From contig CACZCN010000014.1 of assembly GCA_902779665.1 (NCBI GenBank), positions 1,403 through 65,402 of the forward strand: a stretch of 64,000 nucleotides of DNA, written 5' to 3'. This document shows, one piece after another, positions 29,801-39,334 of this stretch. The notes under the pieces are model-generated. The model was not told the DNA's origin, made no database searches, and saw nothing but the letters and a program-made list of their open reading frames with translations. Position numbers and translations under genes: made by a program. Numbering within the stretch: position 1 is the stretch's first letter; each line of letters opens with the position of its first letter. The stretch is from an uncultured Prevotellaceae bacterium. Lineage in GTDB: Bacteria; Bacteroidota; Bacteroidia; Bacteroidales; Bacteroidaceae.

Positions 29801-30448
29801 GCCACTCGCGGACAGATTCTCACATACGGTGGCGAGATTTGCGATACACGTTTCTCAAAGTGCTGTGGAGGTATTACAGAGGAATATCAGTATTGTTGGG
29901 AAGACACGCCTCTGCCCTACCTCAAGTCTGTTAAGGATCCATATTGCAACACACAAGATGCGCATATCATTTCTCAGGTGCTCAACGACTATGATCAGGA
30001 AACGCATGATTTCTACACATGGAGAGTGGAATACTCACAACGAGAAATCAGCGAACTCATAGCAGATAAGACTAAGATGGACTTCGGTAAAATCGTCAAT
30101 TTAAAGGCTATAGAACGTGGTCCGAGCGGTAGAATATCCTTGCTGAAGATTATAGGCACAGAGCGCACTTTTACTATTGGTAAGGAACTTGAAATCCGTA
30201 AAACCCTATCAAAGTCACATCTTTATAGTTCAGCGTTCACCCTTATGCGCCTTGATGCAGACGGCAATCAGATTCCCGACACCGACAGCAAGACCATTCC
30301 ATCGCGCTTCATCCTTGATGGACGAGGCTGGGGACACGGTGTAGGCCTCTGTCAGATTGGTGCTGCAGTTATGGGCGAGCAAGGCTTCAAATATAATGAC
30401 ATTCTCCTGCATTACTATCAGAATGCAGAGATAAAGAAAGCATATTAA
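26822..30448 (+). CDS. GT2 glycosyltransferase - DUF4922 - SpoIID/LytB triple fusion
   Basis: SVIIPVFNR and QLDSDD (GT2); VQFNPAR, CFLC, DHLHLQ (DUF4922, HxHxQ); [32 protein letters not shown] (SpoIID). Confidence 0.88.
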   Translation: MQNRIDKFFSSDDAVAVMPLVGGMASSETISKISSLATAAYVLLSQKETPVSIESDALHRLISAADNTGAAMVYADHYTVTEGKTEKHPAIDYFIGSIRDDFDFGQLLLIRTSLLHEFVSEAKTEYKFAALYALRLFLSRKGEIFHLNEYLYREEELDTRKSGEKQFDYVNPRNREVQIEMERAATEHLEAIGAKVDTSKRIIPDFDEQEFETEASVIIPVFNRAKTVADAVKSALSQTAKFKYNIIVVDNHSTDGTTEILSELSSNHQLVHIIPERTDLGIGGCWNLAVNDPRCGRFAVQLDSDDLYSSPNTLQKVVDAFYQQQAAMVIGAYRMCDFDLNTLPPGIIDHKEWTDENGPNNALRINGLGAPRAFFTPILRHIGFPNTSYGEDYALGLAFSRIYRIGRIYDELYLCRRWGGNSDAALSIDRINANNLYKDRLRTMEIIARQAMNQGKVTDADSALNRFFERQLIVWSDAEKRYNDLRNVKVKALGDVKVQFNPARMVSTGAKIDKASLEKRPCFLCRENRPKQQMVHTIRNSQGAPVLELLVNPFPILPQHFTLASTEHEPQAIAARYGEIHRVLTKYPELMVFYNGPKCGASAPDHLHLQAGTSGIVPLQTQWKRISHNLTPVQQLSETESISLVTDYVCPAFVIRSQSVEGDKKLFKRFYKAFAYLSQNQDGEEPMMNILAWREDKDYVSVIIPRAKHRPDCYTAEGNAQFIVSPGALDMAGLIITPRQEDFDRMTQDTAYGILQEVGVTADFAKKLADEIASPDNSQHLTPNTQQPEVKVGIISATKIEFTLNTPYTAKGKEITGPQVVEFSEGGILWNGNQYQHLTFRPTPNTQHPTPNFSISDVIIGVNFHWERKQTQTFVGTLRLVVEEDKICAINVLPVERYLESVISSEMSATSSLELLKAHAVISRSWLLAQIEKRNRLQKSANSFFSFTKKDDMLIRWYDREDHTIFDVCADDHCQRYQGITHAANPHVIEAIKATRGQILTYGGEICDTRFSKCCGGITEEYQYCWEDTPLPYLKSVKDPYCNTQDAHIISQVLNDYDQETHDFYTWRVEYSQREISELIADKTKMDFGKIVNLKAIERGPSGRISLLKIIGTERTFTIGKELEIRKTLSKSHLYSSAFTLMRLDADGNQIPDTDSKTIPSRFILDGRGWGHGVGLCQIGAAVMGEQGFKYNDILLHYYQNAEIKKAY

Positions 30449-30466
30449 TTTTACCCCTTTACAACA

Positions 30467-31756
30467 ATGAAATCTCCTTGGTCCTGGATTCCTTCCCTCT
30501 ATTTTGCAGAGGGGCTACCATACGTAGCTGTGATGACAATATCGCTCATCCTCTACAAATATCTCGGTCTTTCAAATACCGATATAACATTCTATACCTC
30601 ATGGCTTTATCTCCCTTGGGTTATAAAACCGCTTTGGAGTCCTTTTATCGACATTGTTAAGACAAAACGCTGGTGGATAACCACCATGCAACTGCTTATA
30701 GGTGCGGCATTCGGAGGTATCGCCTTCACCATTCCATCCGACTTCTGGTTGCAAGGCACGTTGTGCTTCTTCTGGCTTATGGCATTCGCAAGTGCCACAC
30801 ACGATATTGCAGCCGATGGATTCTATATGCTCGGACTTGACCAGCACGATCAGGCATGGTTTGTGGGCATCAGAAGCACGTTCTACCGCTTTGCCACAAT
30901 CTTTGGACAAGGTGTACTCGTGATGATAGCCGGCAACCTTCAGGTGGTTTTCCGCAATTCCATCGCATTTTCATGGAGCCTTATGTTCTATGGCGTTGCA
31001 GGACTTTTTATTGCCCTATGGCTTTGGCATTCATACGTTTTGCCGCATCCATCGGAGGATGAAAAGAATACCCATGTTGAGGGCGAAGTAAAGACCGTAT
31101 CATCAAACAGCATTTTACGCGACCTCAAATCCACGATAAAGACCTTCTTCCAGAAGGAACAGGTAATTGCAGGCATACTCTTCATGCTCTTCTATCGTAT
31201 GCCTGAGGGACTTCTTGCAAAGGTTTCATCGCTTTTCCTCATAGATAACGCGCATAATGGAGGTCTCGGACTCTCACCACAGGAATATGGTCTTGTGCAA
31301 GGCACAGTGGGTGTTATAGGTCTCACTCTCGGCGGTATTCTCGGAGGAATGTGTGCTGGTAAGGATGGACTTAGGAAATGGCTCTGGCCAATGGTATGCG
31401 CCATTACATTGCCCGACCTTGTATATGTATATTTCGCCTATGAGCTGCCCTCAAACTTCCTTATCGTCAATATCGGCGTATTCATCGAGCAGTTCGGCTA
31501 TGGCTTCGGCTTCACCGCGTATATGCTTTATCTCATATACTATAGCCGTGGCAACTACAAGACATCCCACTATGCACTTTGTACGGCATTCATGGCACTT
31601 TCTATGATGATTCCGGGACTTTTCGCAGGAGCATTGCAGGAAGCCGTAGGTTACAGGACGTTCTTCCTTATCGTCATTGCATTCTGTAGCGTCACATTCG
31701 CCGTAACCTCCCTTCTCAAGATAGATCCGTCATTCGGCAAGAAGGAACAGGCTTAG
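30467..31756 (+). CDS. MFS transporter, AmpG-like
   Basis: YFAEGLPY, KPLWSPF, SATHDIAADG, FYRMPE. Confidence 0.85.
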   Translation: MKSPWSWIPSLYFAEGLPYVAVMTISLILYKYLGLSNTDITFYTSWLYLPWVIKPLWSPFIDIVKTKRWWITTMQLLIGAAFGGIAFTIPSDFWLQGTLCFFWLMAFASATHDIAADGFYMLGLDQHDQAWFVGIRSTFYRFATIFGQGVLVMIAGNLQVVFRNSIAFSWSLMFYGVAGLFIALWLWHSYVLPHPSEDEKNTHVEGEVKTVSSNSILRDLKSTIKTFFQKEQVIAGILFMLFYRMPEGLLAKVSSLFLIDNAHNGGLGLSPQEYGLVQGTVGVIGLTLGGILGGMCAGKDGLRKWLWPMVCAITLPDLVYVYFAYELPSNFLIVNIGVFIEQFGYGFGFTAYMLYLIYYSRGNYKTSHYALCTAFMALSMMIPGLFAGALQEAVGYRTFFLIVIAFCSVTFAVTSLLKIDPSFGKKEQA

Positions 31757-31771
31757 TCTCAATTTTCATAT

Positions 31772-33061
31772 ATGATAAACCAATCCACCATTTGCGCAAT
31801 AGCAACAGCACAGGGAGGTGCAATCGGCATTATCCGTGTTTCTGGTCCTGATTCCATATCAATAGTCGATAGCATTTTCAGAGGTCGTCATTCCCTAATT
31901 GATGCCCCAGGCTATTCTATTCATTACGGCTCGATAGTAAACTCGGATGTAATTGTTGATCAGGTTCTCCTCTCACTTTTCCGCGCCCCTCATTCCTATA
32001 CAGGCGAGGATAGCGTGGAGATCAGCGCCCACGGTTCTCCGTATATTCTCCAGTCTATCTGCTCGCTCTTGATTCAGAAAGGCTGTCAGCCGGCAGCACC
32101 TGGGGAATACACCCAACGCGCCTTCTTAAACGGAAAACTCGACCTCACACAGGCAGAGGCCGTAGCCGACCTTATCGCCTCTCAGAATGCCTCTCAGCAT
32201 CGTGTGGCTATGCAGCAGATGCGTGGTGGTATCTCGCAAAAGCTCTCTGACCTCCGTGCCCAGTTGCTAAAACTCACCTCCCTTCTCGAACTTGAACTCG
32301 ATTTCTCCGAAGAAGATGTAGAGTTTGCATCACGCGAGACTCTCATCAACATAGCGCGAGAGGTTCGCGATGAAATCACGCGTTTATCATCTTCATTCTC
32401 CGCAGGAAATGCAATAAAGAACGGCATACCAGTCGCTATTATAGGTGCGCCAAACGTAGGCAAATCCACCCTTCTCAATGCCCTTCTCCATGAGGACAAA
32501 GCAATTGTCTCAGATATTCAAGGCACTACACGCGATACAATCGAGGATTGTATCAATATCTCAGGCATTCTCTTCCGCATCATAGATACCGCTGGCATCC
32601 GTCATACGGAAGATACTATTGAGAAAATGGGCATAGAACGCTCACGTAAGGCTGCAGAACGTGCGCAGATTATAATTCTGATGCGCGATAATGATATGGA
32701 CTACCCTACCCTTGATTTGCGTGATGACCAGATTGTTATCAAGGTTCACAACAAATCGGATCGATTTCAGGCACTTACAGGAAAAGGCATGGATTGGTTA
32801 GAGCAACAACTTCTTAACAGCATCCCTACCGCCAACAAAGATGAAGTCCTTATCACCAACATCCGCCATAAGCAAGCCCTTGATATTTCCCTCCTCGACA
32901 TCCAGCGCACCCTTGATGCCCTAGAACAGAATCTCCCCGGTGACCTCATTGCCGAAGACCTCCGCCAATGTCTCCACCATCTCGCTGAAATCACAGGCGG
33001 CACAATAGACACAGAAGAAGTCCTCGGAAATATCTTTAGTAAATTTTGCGTGGGAAAGTAG
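31772..33061 (+). CDS. mnmE: tRNA modification GTPase MnmE/TrmE
   Basis: RAFLNGKLDLTQAEA, GAPNVGKS, GTTRD, DTAG, C-terminal FCVGK. Confidence 0.97.
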   Translation: MINQSTICAIATAQGGAIGIIRVSGPDSISIVDSIFRGRHSLIDAPGYSIHYGSIVNSDVIVDQVLLSLFRAPHSYTGEDSVEISAHGSPYILQSICSLLIQKGCQPAAPGEYTQRAFLNGKLDLTQAEAVADLIASQNASQHRVAMQQMRGGISQKLSDLRAQLLKLTSLLELELDFSEEDVEFASRETLINIAREVRDEITRLSSSFSAGNAIKNGIPVAIIGAPNVGKSTLLNALLHEDKAIVSDIQGTTRDTIEDCINISGILFRIIDTAGIRHTEDTIEKMGIERSRKAAERAQIIILMRDNDMDYPTLDLRDDQIVIKVHNKSDRFQALTGKGMDWLEQQLLNSIPTANKDEVLITNIRHKQALDISLLDIQRTLDALEQNLPGDLIAEDLRQCLHHLAEITGGTIDTEEVLGNIFSKFCVGK

Positions 33062-33196
33062 ATTTTGCATGGGGGCAAATCATTCAAAATATCACCGAAG
33101 TGTTGAATTTATATCAATTCTGACATATCTGCAAAAAGAAGAGTAAGGGCATTTAAATTAAGGTCTTTAAAATTTGGTAATTTATTCTATTTGTTG

Positions 33197-33204
33197 TATC
33201 TTTG
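33197..33204 (+). promoter_or_regulatory. -7 box TATCTTTG
   Basis: About 27 bp before ATG 33231. Confidence 0.6.
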
Positions 33205-33230
33205 TGCCGGAATAAAACCTATACCTACAC

Positions 33231-34649
33231 ATGGACAACGTTATCAATGGCTGTTACAAACTCTCTTGGCGAGAGCGCATCGGGTTCTGTTCTGGTGACA
33301 TGGCACAGAATCTGATTTACCAGACTGTCAGCATCTGGTTGCTTTTTTATTATAATAATGTCTATGGACTTGATTCGGCTACTGTGGCGGTTATGTTTCT
33401 CGTAGTCCGTATCATCGATGTGATATGGGACCCAATGGTAGGGGCTATGGTCGATAAGTCGCACCCACGTTGGGGCAAATACCGTTCATGGCTACTATTG
33501 GGTGCCGTTCTGTTAGCTACCTTTGCGATGCTCTGTTTCTGGAACGGCTTCAGCGGATCGTTGCTCTACGCATATATTACCTATGTGGGTATGAGCATGA
33601 GTTTTACGTTTGTCAATGTCCCCTACTCTGCTTTGGGCTCGTCGCTCACTCGCGATACAAACGAAATAACCATACTCACCAGCGTACGTATGTTTATGGC
33701 CAATCTGGCAGGACTCATCATCAAAACCCTGCCCTTGGTGATTGTTCTCTTCGCCCCAAAGGTGCTTAATCCGCAGACGGGTGAGATGGAGGCTGTATAT
33801 AACACGCCTGAAGCTGGACAGGCTTGGTTTATCACCATGAGCATATTCGCATTGGTGGGACTGATGCTGCTCATCGCCACCTTCTTCGAGAGTAAGGAGC
33901 GCATAGTGATGGACAAGAGCGAGAGTGCGCAGGTCAAGGTGAGCGACCTCTGGATGGAGTTGGTTCGCAACCGTCCCCTTCGTGTATTATCGATATTCTT
34001 TGTCATCGCCTTCACCACCATGAGCATCAGCAACGCCGCAGACTCTTATTTCATGACCTTCAATATGGGCGCTACCCCTCTGATGACAACGGTGTTCATG
34101 TGGCTCGGCACTATTCCTGCATTCATTTTCATGCCTATGGTGCCTGCCATCAAGCACAGAATAGGCAAAAATGGCATGTTCCGTATGTTCCTCGGCATCG
34201 CAATCGTAGCTATGATACTGATGTATCTAATGATGTCTATTGAAAGCTTAAAATCTTATCCATTGCTCTTTGTAGTTCAGTTTGTGAAAAGTACGGGAGT
34301 GGTTGTAGCCACTGGCTATATGTGGGCACTTGTGCCAGAGGTGGTAACTTATAGCGAGTTCGCTTCAGGCAGACGGATAGCAGGTATAGTGAATTCCCTC
34401 ATCTGTATCTTCATGAAGGCTGGTATGGCGCTTGGTGGCGTTATCCCTGGACTTGTTCTTGCCTGGGTAGGTTTCCAAGCAGGCGAACCAACACAGACAC
34501 CGATGGCCAAACAAGGCATACTTTGGCTCGTCACGCTGATACCAGCAGTCCTATTTGTTCTGGCTATCTACGTGATTGGCAAATACGAGCTTTCTGATGA
34601 AAAGATGGATGAGCTGAATGCCGCCGTAAGTATAAAACAAAAACGCTAA
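33231..34649 (+). CDS. glycoside-pentoside-hexuronide (GPH) cation symporter
   Basis: DVIWDPMVGAMVD, WGKYRSW, VNVPYSAL, WALVPEVV. Confidence 0.9.
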   Translation: MDNVINGCYKLSWRERIGFCSGDMAQNLIYQTVSIWLLFYYNNVYGLDSATVAVMFLVVRIIDVIWDPMVGAMVDKSHPRWGKYRSWLLLGAVLLATFAMLCFWNGFSGSLLYAYITYVGMSMSFTFVNVPYSALGSSLTRDTNEITILTSVRMFMANLAGLIIKTLPLVIVLFAPKVLNPQTGEMEAVYNTPEAGQAWFITMSIFALVGLMLLIATFFESKERIVMDKSESAQVKVSDLWMELVRNRPLRVLSIFFVIAFTTMSISNAADSYFMTFNMGATPLMTTVFMWLGTIPAFIFMPMVPAIKHRIGKNGMFRMFLGIAIVAMILMYLMMSIESLKSYPLLFVVQFVKSTGVVVATGYMWALVPEVVTYSEFASGRRIAGIVNSLICIFMKAGMALGGVIPGLVLAWVGFQAGEPTQTPMAKQGILWLVTLIPAVLFVLAIYVIGKYELSDEKMDELNAAVSIKQKR

Positions 34650-34652
34650 AAT

Positions 34653-35537
34653 ATGCAATTTACATCGAATTCCGACAAAATTACGAGAGACTATTTCGAC
34701 TCTCTGTTGATTGAGACTCGTTATCTTGACGCAGTCCTTCCGACCACCGAGATGACGCTGTTTGGCGAAACCTTCCGCACACCGATTATGACGGCAGCTT
34801 TGTCGCATCTGCACAATTCTGCCCAAAACGGCATGACAATCTATGCTCAGGCGGCTGCTCAGAGTGGAGCTGTACATTGGATAGGTATGGGCAGCGACGA
34901 GGAACTTGAGGAAATAGTTGCAACAGGCGCCCGAACCATCAAGATCATCAAACCACATGCCGACAACCGTGAGGTGTTGCGTAAAATTGAACATGCCGTC
35001 AAGACTGGCTGTATAGCCGTGGGTATGGATATCGACCATGCTTTCAATTCCGATGGTGGCTACGACAATGTGTTCGGACTGCCTATGAAGGCAAAATCTA
35101 CAGAAGAACTGTCTGAGTTTGTCCAGGCTGCGGGTGTGCCTTTTATTGCGAAGGGTGTGCTTAGTCCCCACGATGCAGAAAAGTGTCTGAAGGCCGGATG
35201 TGCGGGCATCGTAGTGTCTCATCATCATGGTATGATTCAATATGCCGTCCCCCCATTGATGGTGCTACAGGATATTATATCTGTCACAGGCGACAGCATC
35301 CCTGTATTTGTGGATTGTGGAATCGAGAGTGGTATGGATGCATACAAATGTCTTGCCCTAGGTGCCAAGGCTGTCTCTGTTGGGCGTCACCTGATGCCGT
35401 TGCTTAAAAACGGTGCTGATGCCGTTGCCCAACGCATTAATGATATGACAGCCGAACTTGCAGGTGTGATGGCAAGGACCGGTGTGAGTGCATTGGATAA
35501 GATGGATGCTACCATTATTCATAGGAGGACATTCTGA
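34653..35537 (+). CDS. FMN-dependent alpha-hydroxy-acid dehydrogenase-like protein
   Basis: TPIMTAALS, IAKG, VSHHHG, DCGIESGMDAYKCLALGAKAV. Confidence 0.8.
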   Translation: MQFTSNSDKITRDYFDSLLIETRYLDAVLPTTEMTLFGETFRTPIMTAALSHLHNSAQNGMTIYAQAAAQSGAVHWIGMGSDEELEEIVATGARTIKIIKPHADNREVLRKIEHAVKTGCIAVGMDIDHAFNSDGGYDNVFGLPMKAKSTEELSEFVQAAGVPFIAKGVLSPHDAEKCLKAGCAGIVVSHHHGMIQYAVPPLMVLQDIISVTGDSIPVFVDCGIESGMDAYKCLALGAKAVSVGRHLMPLLKNGADAVAQRINDMTAELAGVMARTGVSALDKMDATIIHRRTF

Positions 35538-36364
35538 TGTATCTGGGTATATCATCATCGTTGCAGCATAGTTCACCAGAAGAATGGGCTGCCAAGCATA
35601 AAGCCTTAGGGCTTGAAACTGTTAATTTTCCTGTCACTTGTGATGATGGGGAGAATGCGTTTATGGCCTATAAGAAGGCTGCAGACGAGGTAGGATTGAC
35701 TATCGCAGAAGTGGGGGTTTGGCGCAATACATTAGCAGCAGATCCCGTTGAGCGCCAGCAATGGATTGACTATGCTGTCCGCCAACTTCGCATGGCCGAT
35801 GCCATCGGTGCAACCTGCTGTGTGAATGTGGTGGGTACGCCTTATGGTCCTCGATGGGATGGCGGCTATCGCGAGAATTTTAGTCGTGAGTTGTGGGATA
35901 TGGCCGTCAAGATGATCCGTCAGATTATTGATACCGCCCGACCAAAGCATACTAAATTCAGTATAGAGTCTATGCCTTGGATGATCCCTAGCAGTCCCGA
36001 TGAGTATCTGCGTCTGATAGAGGATGTCGACCGCACGGAGTTCGGAACCCATCTCGATGTAGTCAATATGATTACCACACCTCAGAGATATTTTTACAAT
36101 GATGAGTTTCTCAGGGAATGTTTCGAGAAACTTCACGGTACCATCGTCAGTTGTCATCTGAAGGACATTCTGCTTAAGCCAGAATACACATTCCAACTTC
36201 AGGAGTGTGCTTGTGGCGAGGGTACGTTAGATATCAATCTCTATGCTCAACTGGCCAACGCCGAGAACCCAAACATGCCAATGATCATCGAACACCTCAC
36301 CACCGATGAGGAATACGTTGCCAGCGTGCGGTATGTACAAGAGCGTTTGTTACGTGCTAATTAA
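35537..36364 (+). CDS. sugar-phosphate isomerase/epimerase (xylose-isomerase-like TIM barrel)
   Basis: IESMPW, HLDVVN, CHLKD, IIEH metal motif set. Confidence 0.82.
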   Translation: MYLGISSSLQHSSPEEWAAKHKALGLETVNFPVTCDDGENAFMAYKKAADEVGLTIAEVGVWRNTLAADPVERQQWIDYAVRQLRMADAIGATCCVNVVGTPYGPRWDGGYRENFSRELWDMAVKMIRQIIDTARPKHTKFSIESMPWMIPSSPDEYLRLIEDVDRTEFGTHLDVVNMITTPQRYFYNDEFLRECFEKLHGTIVSCHLKDILLKPEYTFQLQECACGEGTLDINLYAQLANAENPNMPMIIEHLTTDEEYVASVRYVQERLLRAN

Positions 36365-36394
36365 TCATATAATATTAACTAATTTATCGTTTAA

Positions 36395-37021
36395 ATGAGA
36401 AAATTATCATTTCTAATTCTTTGCATGATGGCTTTTGCCTCATGCTCACAAAGTGATGTAACGAAGGAGTCGCCAAAAGATTCCGAGTCTGTGGAAAATG
36501 TAATAATGGCAAGACGCAGTATTCGCCAATATACAAAGCAGACAATAAGTCGTGACACCCTTGACCAAATTATCAAGTGCGGCATCAATGCGCCTAATGG
36601 TCAGAACAGACAGGCGTATGAGATACGTGTAGTCAATAACCCGCAAATACTGAAGGATATTTCCGATGCAGTTATTAAGGACAATAAGGATATGAGTCTA
36701 AAGCCGGGAGCTGACAATATCTTCTTCGGGGCAACAACTGTAGTGTTTATCGGTAATGACACAAGTTATGATATGTCGCAGATAGATTGCGGACTTCTTG
36801 GTGAGAACATCATGCTCTCTGCATGGGAAAAGGGTATCGGTTCATGCTGTATGGGCTTCCCTATCCGACTGATGAAGGAGAGCGAGTCTTGCGCTCCACT
36901 TATCCAGAAACTGGGGTTCAGCGCTGGATACAACCTGCTTTACTGTATTGCCATGGGATATCCTAATGAGAATCCTGATGCAAAACCAAGAAAGGAAGAC
37001 ATGATTAAATACGTAGAATAA
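36395..37021 (+). CDS. nitroreductase family protein with lipoprotein signal
   Basis: RRSIRQY, APNGQNRQ, DCGLLGENIML; N-terminal ...FASC. Confidence 0.88.
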   Translation: MRKLSFLILCMMAFASCSQSDVTKESPKDSESVENVIMARRSIRQYTKQTISRDTLDQIIKCGINAPNGQNRQAYEIRVVNNPQILKDISDAVIKDNKDMSLKPGADNIFFGATTVVFIGNDTSYDMSQIDCGLLGENIMLSAWEKGIGSCCMGFPIRLMKESESCAPLIQKLGFSAGYNLLYCIAMGYPNENPDAKPRKEDMIKYVE

Positions 37022-37022
37022 C

Positions 37023-37727
37023 ATGAACAAAATAGTTACAATCCTTGTAGTATCAATGCTTTGCATTATGACTGCATGTAGTGGAGATAAGAAACAGGAA
37101 GCAGAGGAAAAGCCGGTTGGTGGTGCTTCTTTGGCAAAGGTGTCGGGCATACCTTATAGTGAGACAACTGTCAACAAGAAAGATGGTAAGAATGTACTTG
37201 TGATAAGTTCAAGTCCTCGTCGTGGCGGAAACACAGACCTTCTCGCAGATGAGTTTGTACGTGGCGCGAAGGAAGCTGGTGGTAAGGTAGAAAAGGTGTT
37301 CCTTGCCGACCTTAACCTTGAGTTCCTTTCAGAGCAAGGAGCAAACAAGCCTCATGACGTTCCACGTAACACCGAGACTGGCATACTTGTCGATAAGTTC
37401 CTTGCTGCAGATGTGGTATGTCTTGCATCCCCTACATATTATATGAATGTGAATGACAGAATGAAAGCATTCATCGATGCAACCTATCTTGCATGGGGAG
37501 ATGAGCGCATGGGAAATAAGGAATACTATTACATCACCGCATGTGCTCAGGAATCGACGGAAACGGCAGAATGGTGCCTTAACGGTTTCAGAGGCTTTGT
37601 AATGTGTTTGCCGAACCCGACAGAGCGCGGTTCCGTGAGTGCTACTTCCATGGGGCGTCCGGGAGCAGTATCGGGTACTCCTTACATGGAACAAGCCTAC
37701 AAGCTTGGTTTGAGCATCAATAAGTAA
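37023..37727 (+). CDS. flavodoxin-fold NAD(P)H-dependent FMN reductase family lipoprotein
   Basis: SSSPRRGGNT, LASPTYY, KAFID; N-terminal ...MTAC. Confidence 0.82.
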   Translation: MNKIVTILVVSMLCIMTACSGDKKQEAEEKPVGGASLAKVSGIPYSETTVNKKDGKNVLVISSSPRRGGNTDLLADEFVRGAKEAGGKVEKVFLADLNLEFLSEQGANKPHDVPRNTETGILVDKFLAADVVCLASPTYYMNVNDRMKAFIDATYLAWGDERMGNKEYYYITACAQESTETAEWCLNGFRGFVMCLPNPTERGSVSATSMGRPGAVSGTPYMEQAYKLGLSINK

Positions 37728-37779
37728 TAGGTGATATCATACTCTTGGATGAGATAACTTGTCCTAAATTATAATTTAA

Positions 37780-37855
37780 ACGCAAAGACACAGAGACGCA
37801 AAGTCTTTTGGGGGGGATAATCAGACCTCTTAGCATCTTTTTGTGCCTTTGAGTT
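37780..37855. repeat. 8-bp-period inverted array
   Basis: ACGCAAAG ACACAGAG ACGCAAAG with a degenerate complementary arm ending CTTTGAGT. Confidence 0.55.
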
Positions 37856-37889
37856 GAAATTTATTATATATCTTGTTCTTAAACTGATT

Positions 37890-39008
37890 ATGTGGCAGAT
37901 AATATTCTTGTTAGTAAACATCGCTGTTATTGCGGGACTTCTGTGGATAGCATTCGCTGTTTGCAGATTTCATAGTATTTCTAGATTTGTTTCTCGCAAA
38001 TGGTGGAAGCGTATGCTTATAGGTCTCTTGATTGTCATCTGCGTAATGGTGGCGTTCCATTTCACTATGGGATTCATCAATATGGTTATCATATTCCTTC
38101 ATCTGCTAATAATATGGATGATAAGCGATGTCATTGCATGGATTGTAAGAAAGAAAAACCAAAGACAAGAAAAACATTACTATGCTGGAATATTTGCCAT
38201 ATCATTTACATTCGTATGGCTTAGCATTGGATGGTATAATGCCCATGATGTAAAGAGAACGGAATATAACCTTGAGACAGAAAAATCACTCGGTATTGAA
38301 AGTCTCAAGGTTGTGGGATTTTCTGACTCACACGTTGGCGCAACTTTCCATTGGCAGGAGTTTGAGCAGTATATAGAGCGTATCAATAAGGAGAATCCCG
38401 ACATTGTAGTCATTATTGGCGACTATGTGGATGACGACACATCGAAGGAGGATATGGAGCGAAGCTGTGAGGCTCTGAAAAAAATAAAGACTAAATATGG
38501 TGTGTATTACGTTTATGGAAATCACGATGAAGGCTATTGGTCAAGTATCAGGCGCGGTTATACAATCGAGGATGTTGACCGTTGCCTTGAACAGAACAAT
38601 GTAAGGATTCTCCGTGACGAGACTGTTGCAATTGCCGGAAACATACTTCTTTGCGGAAGGCTCGACAAATCATACGCTAATCATAACAAGCCAGGACGTA
38701 AAAACGCATTCTCCCTTATGGCAAATGCAAAAGGAAAGTATGTTATATGCCTTGACCATCAGCCAAATGACTATGCAGAGGAGGCAGACAGCAAGATGGA
38801 TCTTGTATTGTCCGGACATACTCACGGAGGCCAGTTCTGGGGACTGGGTAATATTTGCGTATGGATGGGAGCAAATGATGCATACTATGGCTATGAGCGT
38901 AGGAAGAATACCGATTTCATCGTATCTTCCGGCATTGGTGACTGGGCAATAGACTTCAAGACAGGATGTATCTCCGAGTATATAGTCGTGAATATCAAAA
39001 GAAAATAG
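37890..39008 (+). CDS. membrane-anchored metallophosphoesterase (YkuE-like)
   Basis: N-terminal TMs; DSHVG, GDYVD, GNHD, LDHQP, GHTHGGQ; ATG 37890 preferred over 37854. Confidence 0.9.
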   Translation: MWQIIFLLVNIAVIAGLLWIAFAVCRFHSISRFVSRKWWKRMLIGLLIVICVMVAFHFTMGFINMVIIFLHLLIIWMISDVIAWIVRKKNQRQEKHYYAGIFAISFTFVWLSIGWYNAHDVKRTEYNLETEKSLGIESLKVVGFSDSHVGATFHWQEFEQYIERINKENPDIVVIIGDYVDDDTSKEDMERSCEALKKIKTKYGVYYVYGNHDEGYWSSIRRGYTIEDVDRCLEQNNVRILRDETVAIAGNILLCGRLDKSYANHNKPGRKNAFSLMANAKGKYVICLDHQPNDYAEEADSKMDLVLSGHTHGGQFWGLGNICVWMGANDAYYGYERRKNTDFIVSSGIGDWAIDFKTGCISEYIVVNIKRK

Positions 39009-39334
39009 AATTGACACAAGTTGGTGATGGGTGTTGGGTGATAGCAATTACAAAGTCCCCTACGCAGGGAAGCTCCCTAGTATGTTCAGATTTAGAGGGG
39101 CTTTTCAAGTCCGTTTCAAGTCCGTTCTCTATTTCGAAGATATAAAATCCCCCCACCCTCCCAATACGGAGTTTGCAAGGTAGTTCTGCTGGCTATTGAG
39201 CAATCAAGGGACACAAGAGAAACAGGATTCAGAGGTTTGACAAAACACGTGCCGAAACATGTCTGAGCGAGGATTGAAACAAATACTTATGAATGTTGTC
39301 ATCATCATAAAAACTAAACAATAAGCAAAAAAAT

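Noticed and set aside
34551-35240. 229-aa antisense ORF
   Set aside because: Fully overlaps the recognisable FMN dehydrogenase gene; no independent support.
39241-39280. CRISPR-repeat-like tail GGATTGAAAC
   Set aside because: Single occurrence, no array.
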